From Candidatus Poribacteria bacterium (GTDB taxonomy: Bacteria > Poribacteria > WGA-4E > PCPOR2b), in the NCBI GenBank assembly GCA_021295755.1, contig JAGWBT010000004.1, forward strand, positions 1-55,913: DNA of 55,913 nt, given 5' to 3'. Position 1 is the stretch's first letter, and each line of letters opens with the position of its first letter. The translations under genes and the position numbers were made by a program. Below the pieces are notes generated by a model. It searched no databases and had not been told where the DNA came from. It saw nothing but the letters and a program-made list of their open reading frames with translations. Shown in pieces: positions 8,858 through 19,005 of this stretch.

Positions 8858-11131
8858 ATGTTTTCAAATGCAGCACAACAATCCGGGTTAACCTCGAGCG
8901 GCGGTGTCTCGCATTCCGAAGATGGGCACGGCTTCGGCACCGCGCCTGTTTTCCTTACATCGGTCTGTACGATTCTGGGTGCAATTCTTTTCTTGCGGTT
9001 TGGTTACGCGGTTGGTCATGTAGGACTTTGGGGCAGTTTGGCGATTATTGCTCTTGGACACTCGGTGACCATTCCCACGGTTCTAGCGGTCTCTGAGATA
9101 GCAACTAACCGCCGCGTGGCAGGTGGCGGCGCATACTACATTGTTAGCCGTTCCTTTGGTCCGACTATCGGTGGTACAATCGGGATCACTCTATATCTTG
9201 CCCAAGCGATCTCAATTGCTTTTTATATGGTGGCGTTTGCAGAAGCTCTGGAGCCCCTCTATAAATGGGTAGCTGTTACATACGAATTCAAGCTGGACCA
9301 CCGCTGGGTGAGTCTTACCTGCACGCTCCTCCTTATCGCGCTGATGTTGATTAAGGGTGCCGATTTGGGTGTGTGGGGCTTATGGGCGGTCAGTGCAATC
9401 CTAGTGGTCTCAATCGGTGCGTTCCTTTTTGGAATGGGGCCCGATGAGATTCGGCCGGAAGGGCTAAACATCACGGCACGAATCGAAGGTGGTGACAGTT
9501 TCGGCACGGTTTTCGCGATCTGTTTCCCTGCTTTCACCGGCATGATTGCGGGACTTGGGCTATCCGGCGACCTGAAGAACCCTCAGCGAAGTATACCTTT
9601 GGGTACGATTGCCGCGACGATCGCAGGAATGGTGATATACGCACTCGTCGCTGTCAAGCTGGCGCAGAGTGCCACGCCTGAAGCACTTGTCGCCGATCAG
9701 TTTGTTATGGCGAAGATTGCCTTGTGGGGGCCCGCGATCTACGTTGGATTGGGTGCAGCAGCACTGTCTTCGGCTCTTGGCTCGATTTTGGTCGCGCCCA
9801 GAACGCTCCAGATGCTTGGTCGTGACAATGTTTTACCGTTTTCTCAGTTGAACCGTCTGATGGAAAAAGGGGTGGGTCAGACGCAAGAACCGGTATATGC
9901 AACTTACGTCTCAGGTGCAATCGCGATTGTATTCGTGGTGGCTGGCGGTGTGGACTTTATCGCCCGAATCCTCACCATGTTCTTCATTGTGACATACGGC
10001 GTTCTGTGTGCGGTATCGTTCCTTGAACACTTTGCAGGTAATCCGTCCTATCGTCCCACGTTTCATTCTCGCTGGTACTTGTCGCTAGTTGGTACCGTGA
10101 TGTGTGGCTTGATGATGATTCAGATAAACGTGTTGTATGCGTTCATCTCGATCTTTATGATGGTGGCAATCTACCTCGGGCTCCGCCATGGCCACAAGGG
10201 ACAGCGTGACTTGACGGCAATTTTTCAGGGGACGATGTTCCAGCTAACTCGGTGGCTGCAGATTACCTTGCAGCGGAACCGTGGTATCTCCCCTGAGGGC
10301 GGGTGGCGTCCATCAATTGTCGCAGTGACTCAATTTGGCGAGCGTCGGCTTGGGCATTTTGATCTGCTCCGTTGGATTTGCCATCGGCACGGGTTTGGTC
10401 ATTTCATCCAGTTCTTCCACGGCGATTATTCGTTTCTTGACGAGATTGAGGCTCGTATTCACGTTGACGAGTTAATCCAACGGACAGAGGTCAGCAGGGC
10501 AGGCATCTTTGTTGATACCCTGATTTGCCCGACGTTTCAGCTCGCCGTTGCACAGACGTTGCAGATGCCGGGTATTTCTGGCCTGCCAAATAACTCTATC
10601 CTGTTTGAGTTTGATCGGGAAAATATTGATGAAATCAGTGATGTCGGACAGGGTGCTCGGCTCGCCATTAGTTCGATGTTCAATGTCCTTATACTGCGAT
10701 CGACGAAGTACCGATTCGGGTATCGGTCTTCGATCCATGTATGGGTGACCGAAGAGAACTTGATGAACGCTCCAATGATGCTAATGCTCGCGTATATCAT
10801 TGTAGGTCATCCGGAATGGAGACGTGCTGAGATTCAGCTTTTTGCGTGTTTCGAGTCTGAAGATGCGGAACGTGAGGCGGATAGGCTCTCGGCGTGGATG
10901 AGGGAAGGACGGCTGCCGATTTCAGCGCAGAACGTGACTTCTGTTTCGTGCAGCAATGGGGAAGCATTGGAGCAAGAGGTGTCCCATTACTCTTCTCAGG
11001 CTGACTTAGTTATTGCAGGTGTAATGGCGGACAATCTCGAACCTGAGCTGGCGACCCAAACACTGCGGCATTACGCGGGTGCGAACGATGTGCTCTTTGT
11101 CCATTCAATTGAGCGGATTGCAATTGATTAG
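8858..11131 (+). CDS. Cation-chloride cotransporter (SLC12/CCC)-like amino acid permease
   Basis: FG...VF.T...TILGAILFLRFG, GGGAYYIVSRSFGP.IGG.IG, FAICFPAFTGMIAG..LSGDLKNP..SIP.GT and FLEH...NPSYRPTF motifs; soluble C-terminal domain with WRPSI. Confidence 0.85.
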   Translation: MFSNAAQQSGLTSSGGVSHSEDGHGFGTAPVFLTSVCTILGAILFLRFGYAVGHVGLWGSLAIIALGHSVTIPTVLAVSEIATNRRVAGGGAYYIVSRSFGPTIGGTIGITLYLAQAISIAFYMVAFAEALEPLYKWVAVTYEFKLDHRWVSLTCTLLLIALMLIKGADLGVWGLWAVSAILVVSIGAFLFGMGPDEIRPEGLNITARIEGGDSFGTVFAICFPAFTGMIAGLGLSGDLKNPQRSIPLGTIAATIAGMVIYALVAVKLAQSATPEALVADQFVMAKIALWGPAIYVGLGAAALSSALGSILVAPRTLQMLGRDNVLPFSQLNRLMEKGVGQTQEPVYATYVSGAIAIVFVVAGGVDFIARILTMFFIVTYGVLCAVSFLEHFAGNPSYRPTFHSRWYLSLVGTVMCGLMMIQINVLYAFISIFMMVAIYLGLRHGHKGQRDLTAIFQGTMFQLTRWLQITLQRNRGISPEGGWRPSIVAVTQFGERRLGHFDLLRWICHRHGFGHFIQFFHGDYSFLDEIEARIHVDELIQRTEVSRAGIFVDTLICPTFQLAVAQTLQMPGISGLPNNSILFEFDRENIDEISDVGQGARLAISSMFNVLILRSTKYRFGYRSSIHVWVTEENLMNAPMMLMLAYIIVGHPEWRRAEIQLFACFESEDAEREADRLSAWMREGRLPISAQNVTSVSCSNGEALEQEVSHYSSQADLVIAGVMADNLEPELATQTLRHYAGANDVLFVHSIERIAID

Positions 11132-11252
11132 ACGGCAGCCTAATGCGTAATGTGTAATATGTAAAAAGACACGGTAGATGCCGCTCGGTGTGGGTCGTGC
11201 CGCTAAGTTCATAATATGCTGGAACCGCAACATATGCGAAAGGATATAAGCC

Positions 11253-11789
11253 GTGCAAGAGCGTGTGATACTCGTTGACCGCATGGGCAGAGAAATCGGT
11301 ACTGAAGAGAAGTTAAAGGCACATCGCGAGGGTAAACTGCATCGCGCATTTTCGGTTTTCATCTTCAATAAGTTAGGGGAACTGCTGCTTCAGAAACGGT
11401 CAGAGACAAAATATCACTCGGGTGGGTTGTGGACGAATACTTGCTGTAGTCATCCACGTCTTGGTGAAAGTCATAATTGTGCGGCGAGACGGCGGCTCAA
11501 TGAGGAGATGGGTTTCGATTGTGAATTGACTGAGCTTTTCAGCTTTATCTATCATGCCAAACTGGAGAATAGCCTATTTGAGCACGAGTTAGACAGTGTC
11601 TTTGTTGGACGCTATGATGGTCAACCGGTGCCCAATCCTGACGAAGTTGAGGATTGGAAATGGATGGAACCCGAAAAACTGAAGCGGGATGTTGGAGAAA
11701 ACCCTGAGCATTATACCTACTGGTTCAAATTGATACTTAATTGTGTTGTTAAGCAGTACCAAACGGTTAGTTCTCTGAATGAAATTTAA
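11253..11789 (+). CDS. idi: Isopentenyl-diphosphate delta-isomerase, type 1 (Nudix fold)
   Basis: LHRAFSVFIFN, LLLQKRS..KY..GGLWTNTCCSHP, RRL.EEMG, EHELD, YT.WFK. Confidence 0.95.
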   Translation: MQERVILVDRMGREIGTEEKLKAHREGKLHRAFSVFIFNKLGELLLQKRSETKYHSGGLWTNTCCSHPRLGESHNCAARRRLNEEMGFDCELTELFSFIYHAKLENSLFEHELDSVFVGRYDGQPVPNPDEVEDWKWMEPEKLKRDVGENPEHYTYWFKLILNCVVKQYQTVSSLNEI

Positions 11790-12372
11790 TCAATTTGTTC
11801 ATGTAAATTTCATAGTGGCGCTATTACTTTTGTTGTATATTAGTACAGCTGCAGCGAATGAACCGGTAGAAGAAACACTGAAAAGGGCGCGCAAGCAATT
11901 TTATGCCGCTATTGAGGACAAAAAGCAGATTGAACCAACAATCAAGCTGTTCGAGCTAATAGCACAGGTAAAACCGAGTTACACTGGGCGTACGCAGGTC
12001 TATATTGGAGCACTTGTTGCTCTCAAAGGAAAACATGCGTTTTTTCCGCATACCAAGCTCAAGTGGACAAAGCGTGGCCTAGCAATCATGGATAACGGTT
12101 TAGAGAAAAGCCCAAATGACATTGAAGCATTATTCATCCACGGCACGACCTGCTACCACCTTCCATTCTTTTTCAAACGTTCTGATGGTGCCCAGCGAGC
12201 CTTCAAGGAGATTATCAAGCGGTTGCCACTGGAACGATATACCTATGATCAGCAGCTAATCGCACATGTCGTTGAGTTCTTGCTTGAAAAGGCAAAACTG
12301 ACGAGCGATGAGAAAACATATCTCCAAATACTCAAAGGTAAATTGGAATTCCAGCCTCCAGTTGTGGATTAA
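11779..12372 (+). CDS. Secreted helical (TPR-like) protein of unknown function inside the carotenoid operon
   Basis: Signal peptide ending AAA-NE; predicted all-helical pattern; overlaps idi by 11 bp and crtY by 1 bp. Confidence 0.7.
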   Translation: MKFNQFVHVNFIVALLLLLYISTAAANEPVEETLKRARKQFYAAIEDKKQIEPTIKLFELIAQVKPSYTGRTQVYIGALVALKGKHAFFPHTKLKWTKRGLAIMDNGLEKSPNDIEALFIHGTTCYHLPFFFKRSDGAQRAFKEIIKRLPLERYTYDQQLIAHVVEFLLEKAKLTSDEKTYLQILKGKLEFQPPVVD

Positions 12373-13052
12373 TGAAAGTCGAATATCTTTTATTTAATCT
12401 CGTCGTTATTGCCGGACCCATAGCCTCCCAATTCAATTGCCAGATTAAGCAGATTTCCCATTGGAAATTGAAATTACTGGCGAGTGTAATTGTCATGATT
12501 CCTTATATCATTTGGGATGTGCTCGCCACCGGTTCGCATTGGTGGTTCAATGCAGCATATACGCTCGACTTTCGATTATTCGGTTTGCCGATTGAAGAGT
12601 GGCTTTTTTTTATCACGGTTCCATTTGGGTGTTTGTTAGTATGGGAAACCCTGCCTCAAGCAAACAAGGCGACACAGGTGAAGTCTCTTCGGCACGTCAG
12701 ATCTATTTTATACATGCTGTTGTTGGGGGGAGCATTGGTTTTTAGCATGGGTAAGCAGTATACAGGGTTGGTGCTATTTTGTTTGGGGCTCGTTGGATTG
12801 GCAGATAGGTTGTTAAGAGTTGATCTGCTGCTGCAACCGAGGACTTATCTCTATCTTACAGTTGTAGCTGGTTTGGTTTTGGTGTTTAACGGCTATCTCA
12901 CAGCTCGTCCGGTTGTTCTATATGGTGAGTCATATCAGGTTGGCTACCGAATTTTGTCAATTCCTGTCGAGGATTTCGGATACGGATTCGGGCTGATGCT
13001 TTTTAACGCGATTCTCTATGAGAAGTTGAGGAAAATTTGGCATGGAACGTAA
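12372..13052 (+). CDS. crtY: Membrane lycopene cyclase with two fused CrtYc/CrtYd-type domains
   Basis: Two repeats: PYIIWD..A...HWWFN...LFGLPIEEWLFF and LVFNGYLT...VV.Y.......RILSIPVEDFGYG. Confidence 0.85.
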   Translation: MKVEYLLFNLVVIAGPIASQFNCQIKQISHWKLKLLASVIVMIPYIIWDVLATGSHWWFNAAYTLDFRLFGLPIEEWLFFITVPFGCLLVWETLPQANKATQVKSLRHVRSILYMLLLGGALVFSMGKQYTGLVLFCLGLVGLADRLLRVDLLLQPRTYLYLTVVAGLVLVFNGYLTARPVVLYGESYQVGYRILSIPVEDFGYGFGLMLFNAILYEKLRKIWHGT

Positions 13053-14562
13053 GAGAGTGGCGGTCATTGGTGGCGGGCTCGGTGCGTTAAGTGGGGCGAT
13101 TCGTCTCGCGCGGCTGGGATTCTCTGTACAACTATTCGAGAAGAATCCGACAATTGGTGGGAAGATCAACGAGGTGGTTTTGGAGGGCTACCGGTTTGAT
13201 ACTGGGGCATCTTTATTGACGATGCCTTTTGTTATTGACGAATTATTTGATTTTGCTGGATTCAATCGGTCAGATTATCTGGACTTTATACCAATTGACC
13301 CGATATGCCGATATTTCTTTGCCGATGGTTCAGTGATGGATGCAAGTGCTGATAAAGCAAAGATGAAAGCTGCGATCAAACAGTTATCGCCCATTGATGC
13401 GGAAGCGTATGAAAGTTTCTTGGAATATGCGGAACGGATACACACTCTGACAGCTGAAATCTTTATGTTTACACCGATTCATGAGTTCAAGAAACTGATG
13501 AAGTTCCGTTATTTGCGGACGCTGTTTAGACTTCATCAAATAGATCCGTTTCGGACGATACATCAGAGTGTGTCAGGTTTTTTTTCAGATTCGCGCCTGA
13601 TCCAACTTTTCGACCGGTACGCTACGTACAACGGCTCAGATCCGTTTCAAGCCCCTGCAACCCTGAATATAATTCCGTATGTTGAATACGGCTTGGGTGG
13701 TTACTACATCAAAGGTGGCATGTATCGCTTGGTCAATGCTTTGGAAATGATAGCCCGCGAGCGAGGGGTCGAGATTCATACATCGGTCAAGGTTGAAAAG
13801 ATTTGTCAAGATGGTAAACAGGTCAGTGGAGTGCGAGCCAACGGTCAGAAGGTTCCCGCGGATTATGTACTGTGCGGTGCAGATGCTATCATAGCGCATG
13901 ACGAATTGATTGGCGGTCCTCCAAATCAGCGTGAAAAACTGAATCGATTGGAACCATCGTTGTCGGGAATGGTATTCCTTTGGGGTGTTAGAAGTAATCA
14001 CTCACAATTAGCGCATCACAACATTATCTTCTCTAGTGACTACGAAGCGGAATTTCGGCAGATTTTCAAGCATAGGCGAGTGCCGGATGAACCGACTATC
14101 TACATCGCCATAACGAGTAAAGCGGATGCAGCACATGCCCCTGTTGGTGGGGAAAATTGGTTTGTGTTGTTGAACATGCCTTATCTCGCACCGGGACAGA
14201 TGTGGCAAAAGGAAAAAGTTCGGATGCGAAACTTTGTACTAGGTAGGTTAAGAGAAATTGGTCTCGACATCGAAGATCGAATCGAAGCGGAGCAGGTCTA
14301 CACACCGGAGGATTTTTCTGAGTTTTATGCTAGCAATCAGGGAAGCATCTACGGCATTTCGTCCAATAGCAAAACTACCGCGTTCAAACGTCTACCGAAT
14401 CGTAGCCGTGTCCTTGATAGACTCTATTTCGCAGGCGGTTCTGTGCATCCGGGGGGTGGTATTCCTCTGGTTATATTGTCTGGAAAAATGGCGGCATCAT
14501 TGATTGCTGCGGATCACGGATTGAAAATTGAAAACATCGTTGGTCCGCGGGAGCGGATATGA
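13042..14562 (+). CDS. crtD: CrtI-family desaturase, most like 1-hydroxycarotenoid 3,4-desaturase
   Basis: FAD motif IGGGLGALSGA; RFDTGASLLTMP; FDRYATYNGSDPF; GGSVHPGGGIPLV (recalled as typical of Bacteroidota-type CrtD); a second, canonical crtI follows. Confidence 0.65.
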   Translation: MERKRVAVIGGGLGALSGAIRLARLGFSVQLFEKNPTIGGKINEVVLEGYRFDTGASLLTMPFVIDELFDFAGFNRSDYLDFIPIDPICRYFFADGSVMDASADKAKMKAAIKQLSPIDAEAYESFLEYAERIHTLTAEIFMFTPIHEFKKLMKFRYLRTLFRLHQIDPFRTIHQSVSGFFSDSRLIQLFDRYATYNGSDPFQAPATLNIIPYVEYGLGGYYIKGGMYRLVNALEMIARERGVEIHTSVKVEKICQDGKQVSGVRANGQKVPADYVLCGADAIIAHDELIGGPPNQREKLNRLEPSLSGMVFLWGVRSNHSQLAHHNIIFSSDYEAEFRQIFKHRRVPDEPTIYIAITSKADAAHAPVGGENWFVLLNMPYLAPGQMWQKEKVRMRNFVLGRLREIGLDIEDRIEAEQVYTPEDFSEFYASNQGSIYGISSNSKTTAFKRLPNRSRVLDRLYFAGGSVHPGGGIPLVILSGKMAASLIAADHGLKIENIVGPRERI

Positions 14563-16040
14563 AACAGAAAATCGTCATCATTGGTTCAGGATTTGGTGGG
14601 CTTGCAGCAGCGATTCGACTCCAATCCCAAGGTCTGCAAGTTACAATTCTGGAGAAAAACGCGAAAGTTGGTGGTCACGCCTATCAATTGGTTAAGAATG
14701 GGTATACTTTCGACATGGGACCATCTATTATCACCGCACCCGACCTGATTCAGCGAGTATTTAGATGCGCCGGTGTGCGGATGGAAGATTACCTTGATTT
14801 AGTCAAACTGGATCCGTTTTATCGCATCTATTTCCATGATGGTTCATCGCTTGACTATACGGATGATACCGAGCGGATGAAACAGCAGATGGCGCAGTTC
14901 AATAGGGCAGATGCTGGAAACTACGACGATTTCATGGCGCATACCCGTCAACTCTACGATGCTGTTATCACAGACGGTTTAGGCTCAATTCCGTTTGATT
15001 TGCAAACTATGCTTGGTTTTCTGCCGCGTGCCTTGCGACTGCGAGCATTGACACCTGCTTTTAACTTCGTTAAGAGGTATTTTGATGACCCACGTCACCG
15101 CTTCACCTTTTCGTTTCATCCGTTGTTTATAGGTGGCAATCCGTTCCGGGCACCAGCTGTTTACTTAATGATTCCTTATCTTGAGAAGACAGGGGGTGTC
15201 TGGTTCTGCAAAGGTGGGATGTACAACCTTGTGCGGGCATTAGAGAGCGTGTTCAAAGAACTCGGCGGTGTTGTTGAAAACGATGCAGAAGTGGAGCAAA
15301 TTGTTGTTGAAGATCGGCAAGCAAAAGGCGTTCTAGCAAACGGACAATTTTACGAGGCAGATGGTATTATTTCCAACGCCGATTTGGTGCACACCTACGG
15401 AGAACTTATTGAGCCCGAACATCGTAGGAGATGGTCTTACAAGAAACTCAGGAAAACTCAATATTCGATGAGTGCATTTTTGCTCTACCTTGGTGTTCGT
15501 AAAAAGTATCCACAGTTGCAGCATCATACGCTAATTCTTTCTGAGAGGTACAAAGGGTTGGTAGATGACATTTTTGATAATAAGATTCTTCCAGATGATT
15601 TTTCAATGTATTTACACATTCCATCGCAAACGGATCCGTTGATGGCACCGGAAGATTGTGAGAGCATATATGTACTGATTCCAGTACCGAATTTGGAGAG
15701 TGGGATCAACTGGGAAAAGATGGAGAAAGTGTATATTAACAAGGTACTGACCTTTTTGGAGAACGACTTTGGATTGACAGATTTAAGTACTTCGATTGAG
15801 GTAATTGAAACGTTCACACCTTTGGATTTTAAACAACATCGGAATAGTCATCTTGGCAGCGCATGGGGAGTTGAGCCAAAACTAACGCAGACAGCGTATT
15901 TCCGGCCACATAACCGAAGTGAAGATATAGAGCAACTTTACTTCGTTGGAGCAAGCACCCATCCCGGTGCAGGAGTGCCTGGCGTGCTGCTAACAGCAGA
16001 AACAACGGTAAAGTTGGTTATCAAGGATTTGATAGGATAG
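14559..16040 (+). CDS. crtI: Phytoene desaturase
   Basis: IGSGFGGLAAAIRL, TFDMGPSIIT, FSFHPLFIGGNPF, FRPHNRSEDI..LYFVGASTHPGAGVPGV. Confidence 0.9.
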   Translation: MKQKIVIIGSGFGGLAAAIRLQSQGLQVTILEKNAKVGGHAYQLVKNGYTFDMGPSIITAPDLIQRVFRCAGVRMEDYLDLVKLDPFYRIYFHDGSSLDYTDDTERMKQQMAQFNRADAGNYDDFMAHTRQLYDAVITDGLGSIPFDLQTMLGFLPRALRLRALTPAFNFVKRYFDDPRHRFTFSFHPLFIGGNPFRAPAVYLMIPYLEKTGGVWFCKGGMYNLVRALESVFKELGGVVENDAEVEQIVVEDRQAKGVLANGQFYEADGIISNADLVHTYGELIEPEHRRRWSYKKLRKTQYSMSAFLLYLGVRKKYPQLQHHTLILSERYKGLVDDIFDNKILPDDFSMYLHIPSQTDPLMAPEDCESIYVLIPVPNLESGINWEKMEKVYINKVLTFLENDFGLTDLSTSIEVIETFTPLDFKQHRNSHLGSAWGVEPKLTQTAYFRPHNRSEDIEQLYFVGASTHPGAGVPGVLLTAETTVKLVIKDLIG

Positions 16041-16209
16041 ATTGGGTCTCCGTCTATTTTGATATTTTGTGTCCTGATGGCTGGTGGGACGAATTTCTAA
16101 CCCAACTCATCCGCTTGATCCAATACCTGTAGGTGTGTCTAAGATACTAGCAACTTGGATTAGGATAGTCTTCAGTGTTTAGGAATCAATTGAGGGAGGA
16201 GATTATATC

Positions 16210-17136
16210 ATGAGATCGTGGAAGCTAACAGACGAAGATCGAGCTGCGTTTGAGTACGCTCGTAGAATAACCGCATACTATTCAAAAAGCTTTTATGTCT
16301 CAGCACGAATACTTCCCGCTGATCGTCGGTGGGCAACATACGCGTTGTACGGTTTCTGCCGACACTGTGACAATCTGATCGACACACCACGTCAGCGAAC
16401 TCGATCGGAAATCTTTGGAGAGATCGAATTCTTGACAGAAGAATTGCAAATTGCCTATAACACCGGCGAGTCCGAGCACCCGGTCGTTCGTGCCTTTATT
16501 CTTGTTGCCAGGCGGTATGGGATTCCTATTGGATACCCCCTCGATCTACTCAAGGGGGTTACTATGGATATCCAACAGGCACGGTACATAACATTTGATG
16601 AACTCACTTTTTTTTGTTATCGGGTTGCCTCCGTTGTTGGACTGATGATGACACATATCCTTGGGTATAAAGACAAACGTGCTTTTGAATACGCGAAGTT
16701 ACTCGGGATTGCGATGCAACTGACCAATATTCTGCGAGACATCAAAGAGGATAAGGAGATGGGACGGATCTATCTGCCACAGGCGGATTTATCGGTATTC
16801 GGTGTGTCGAATCAAGACATCTTAAATGAGAAGATGACGCCTCAATTACGTGCACTTATGAAGTTCCAAATTAAACGGGCAGATCGTTATTATTCTGAAG
16901 CGATCCCCGGCATCTCTCTACTCAAGACGGAATCACAGTATGCGATCTATTCGGCTGCTAAAATTTACCGTGGTATCTTGAGGCAAATTGAAGCGCGAAA
17001 CTATAATCCATTCACAAGCCGAGTATTTGTGCCACCCATTCAAAAAATTGGGATTCTGTTACACGAGGTGCTTAGGATGAACGTTCTATCGGCGTGGGAG
17101 AAACTATGCCCGATGCACTCTGGAATAAATAGATGA
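16210..17136 (+). CDS. crtB: Phytoene synthase
   Basis: YSKSFY, LYGFCR..DNLID, YCYRVA-like FCYRVASVVG, LGIAMQLTNILRDIKED...GRIYLP. Confidence 0.95.
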   Translation: MRSWKLTDEDRAAFEYARRITAYYSKSFYVSARILPADRRWATYALYGFCRHCDNLIDTPRQRTRSEIFGEIEFLTEELQIAYNTGESEHPVVRAFILVARRYGIPIGYPLDLLKGVTMDIQQARYITFDELTFFCYRVASVVGLMMTHILGYKDKRAFEYAKLLGIAMQLTNILRDIKEDKEMGRIYLPQADLSVFGVSNQDILNEKMTPQLRALMKFQIKRADRYYSEAIPGISLLKTESQYAIYSAAKIYRGILRQIEARNYNPFTSRVFVPPIQKIGILLHEVLRMNVLSAWEKLCPMHSGINR

Positions 17137-17792
17137 TTCGAGCACAGCACCGCCTTTGGGCGGACCTCATCTTCCATCCCTACCTTAAGTGGCTCTTCAA
17201 GCGTCATTTTGATACGATTCAACTGTTAGGGACACCGCCGGAAATTCCCAACGATTTACCGTTGCTGTTGTTGCCAAACCACAGTACATGGTGGGACGGG
17301 TTCTTTGTGTATCTGCTCAACAAACGGATTTTTCGTCGTACCGCCTATCTGATGATGCTTGAGGAACAGCTATCTAAATACTGGTTCTTCGCGAAGATTG
17401 GTGCTTATTCAATCGAGCCGGGCCATCGGCGGGGTATCGTCGAATCGCTGGCATACACCGTTGAGTTATTGAACCAACAGATGTCGCTGGTCTCTGTTTT
17501 TCCTCAAGGCGAACTATTACCGTGGCATACGCGACCCCTCGGTTACAAGCGAGGCGTTGAATGGATTTTACAAAAGTACGGCAAGCAGGTCGCTGTACTT
17601 CCATTGGCAATTCGTACGGAATTTCTCGGTGAAAGATGTCCAAGTGCCTTTTTTCTTTGCGGGGAAGTGAATCTATTTGACACAGAAACATTTTGCGGGA
17701 TGGATTGGCTTGAAAAGACTGAAACAGTGTTGTTGGATGAATTGGCATTACGGATTCTTTGTGAAGAAGAGGGACTAAATCTGCTTTCCTGA
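17133..17792 (+). CDS. cruD: PlsC-family acyltransferase, probable carotenoid glycoside acyltransferase (CruD-like)
   Basis: HX4D motif PNHSTWWDGF, GAYSI, VFPQGE; located between crtB and the glycosyltransferase. Confidence 0.7.
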   Translation: MIRAQHRLWADLIFHPYLKWLFKRHFDTIQLLGTPPEIPNDLPLLLLPNHSTWWDGFFVYLLNKRIFRRTAYLMMLEEQLSKYWFFAKIGAYSIEPGHRRGIVESLAYTVELLNQQMSLVSVFPQGELLPWHTRPLGYKRGVEWILQKYGKQVAVLPLAIRTEFLGERCPSAFFLCGEVNLFDTETFCGMDWLEKTETVLLDELALRILCEEEGLNLLS

Positions 17793-17801
17793 AAGGTAGA
17801 T

Positions 17802-18947
17802 ATGATACTATTTACATGGCTGATTATCTCGGCTGGGCTGCTACTGATTTGCTTGATAGTGACTTTGTTCAATGCCGTAACTGCACCGATGCTCAAAAAA
17901 GCCAATAACTACCGGAACGAACCCCGTGTTTCAGTGCTGATTCCCGCTCGAAACGAGGAAGCCAACATCGGTGCTTGTATCGAAGGATTCTTGGCTCAAA
18001 AGTACGATAACTTTGAGATTCTCGTTCTTGATGATCAGTCGACAGATCACACGGAATCCATCATCAAGGAGTTGAGTCAACAATATGTTAACATTCAAGC
18101 AATTCAGGGCCAACCCCTGCCATCGGGCTGGACGGGAAAAAACTGGGCGTGCCATCAACTGAGTCAGTATGCGAGTGGAGAGATACTCATCTTCACCGAT
18201 GCGGATAACCGTCCCGCTCCAACTGCGATTGCGAATAGTATCGCTTATATGCAGAAGTTAGAGCTGGGACTATTGTCAGCGTTTCCACAGAAGGTGACAC
18301 GGACCTTGGCGGAAAAACTTGTGGTTCCGGTGGTTGATATGTTCGTTTACGCCGGACTTCCACTATGGCTTACATATTTGAGTCGTTCACCGTCGCTTGC
18401 TGCCGCGAGTGGTCTGTGGATTGTTTTCACTCGTGAAGCGTATCAACGAATTGGTGGACATGAGGCATTATCGAATCGAATTGTTGAAGACGTTGAGTTA
18501 AGTCGATTGGCAAAAAAGAGAGGTATTAAAATCTTAACATTGGCGGGCACTCAGATGGTATCTTGCAGAATGTATCATTCGTTCAGCGAAGTATGGAACG
18601 GATTTTCCAAGAATCTTTTTGGATTGGTAAGCTACCGGACGATCCCGTTTTTTGTCTTAATTCTGCTGCTGTCTACCACGTGTGTTCTGCCCTACGGTAC
18701 TGTCTGGTTCGCGCCATTTACAGCACTTTCCCTCGTTGCGATCATCATGAACGTTACGATGCGACTGATACTATCGGTCAAATATAAACACCCTTTCTTT
18801 GCAAGTGTGATTTTGCATCCGTTTGGTGTTTTGCTAACATTGCTGATTGGGATTAATTCATTCTATCAAGCTAGACGTGGTCGCTTGGAATGGAAGGGAC
18901 GACAGATCGACTTGCAGTTGGGCAAGTCGATACATGATAAATTGTGA
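17802..18947 (+). CDS. cruC: GT2 glycosyltransferase, probable hydroxy-carotenoid glucosyltransferase (CruC-like)
   Basis: VSVLIPARNEE, LDDQSTD, PSGWTGKNWAC.QL, FTDAD, IVEDV.L, WNGFSKN, WKGR. Confidence 0.75.
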   Translation: MILFTWLIISAGLLLICLIVTLFNAVTAPMLKKANNYRNEPRVSVLIPARNEEANIGACIEGFLAQKYDNFEILVLDDQSTDHTESIIKELSQQYVNIQAIQGQPLPSGWTGKNWACHQLSQYASGEILIFTDADNRPAPTAIANSIAYMQKLELGLLSAFPQKVTRTLAEKLVVPVVDMFVYAGLPLWLTYLSRSPSLAAASGLWIVFTREAYQRIGGHEALSNRIVEDVELSRLAKKRGIKILTLAGTQMVSCRMYHSFSEVWNGFSKNLFGLVSYRTIPFFVLILLLSTTCVLPYGTVWFAPFTALSLVAIIMNVTMRLILSVKYKHPFFASVILHPFGVLLTLLIGINSFYQARRGRLEWKGRQIDLQLGKSIHDKL

Positions 18948-19005
18948 AAAGCGAGCAAATGCGTATCATTATTATACGATATAGGCTTAGGCATCCGGTG
19001 TCGTA

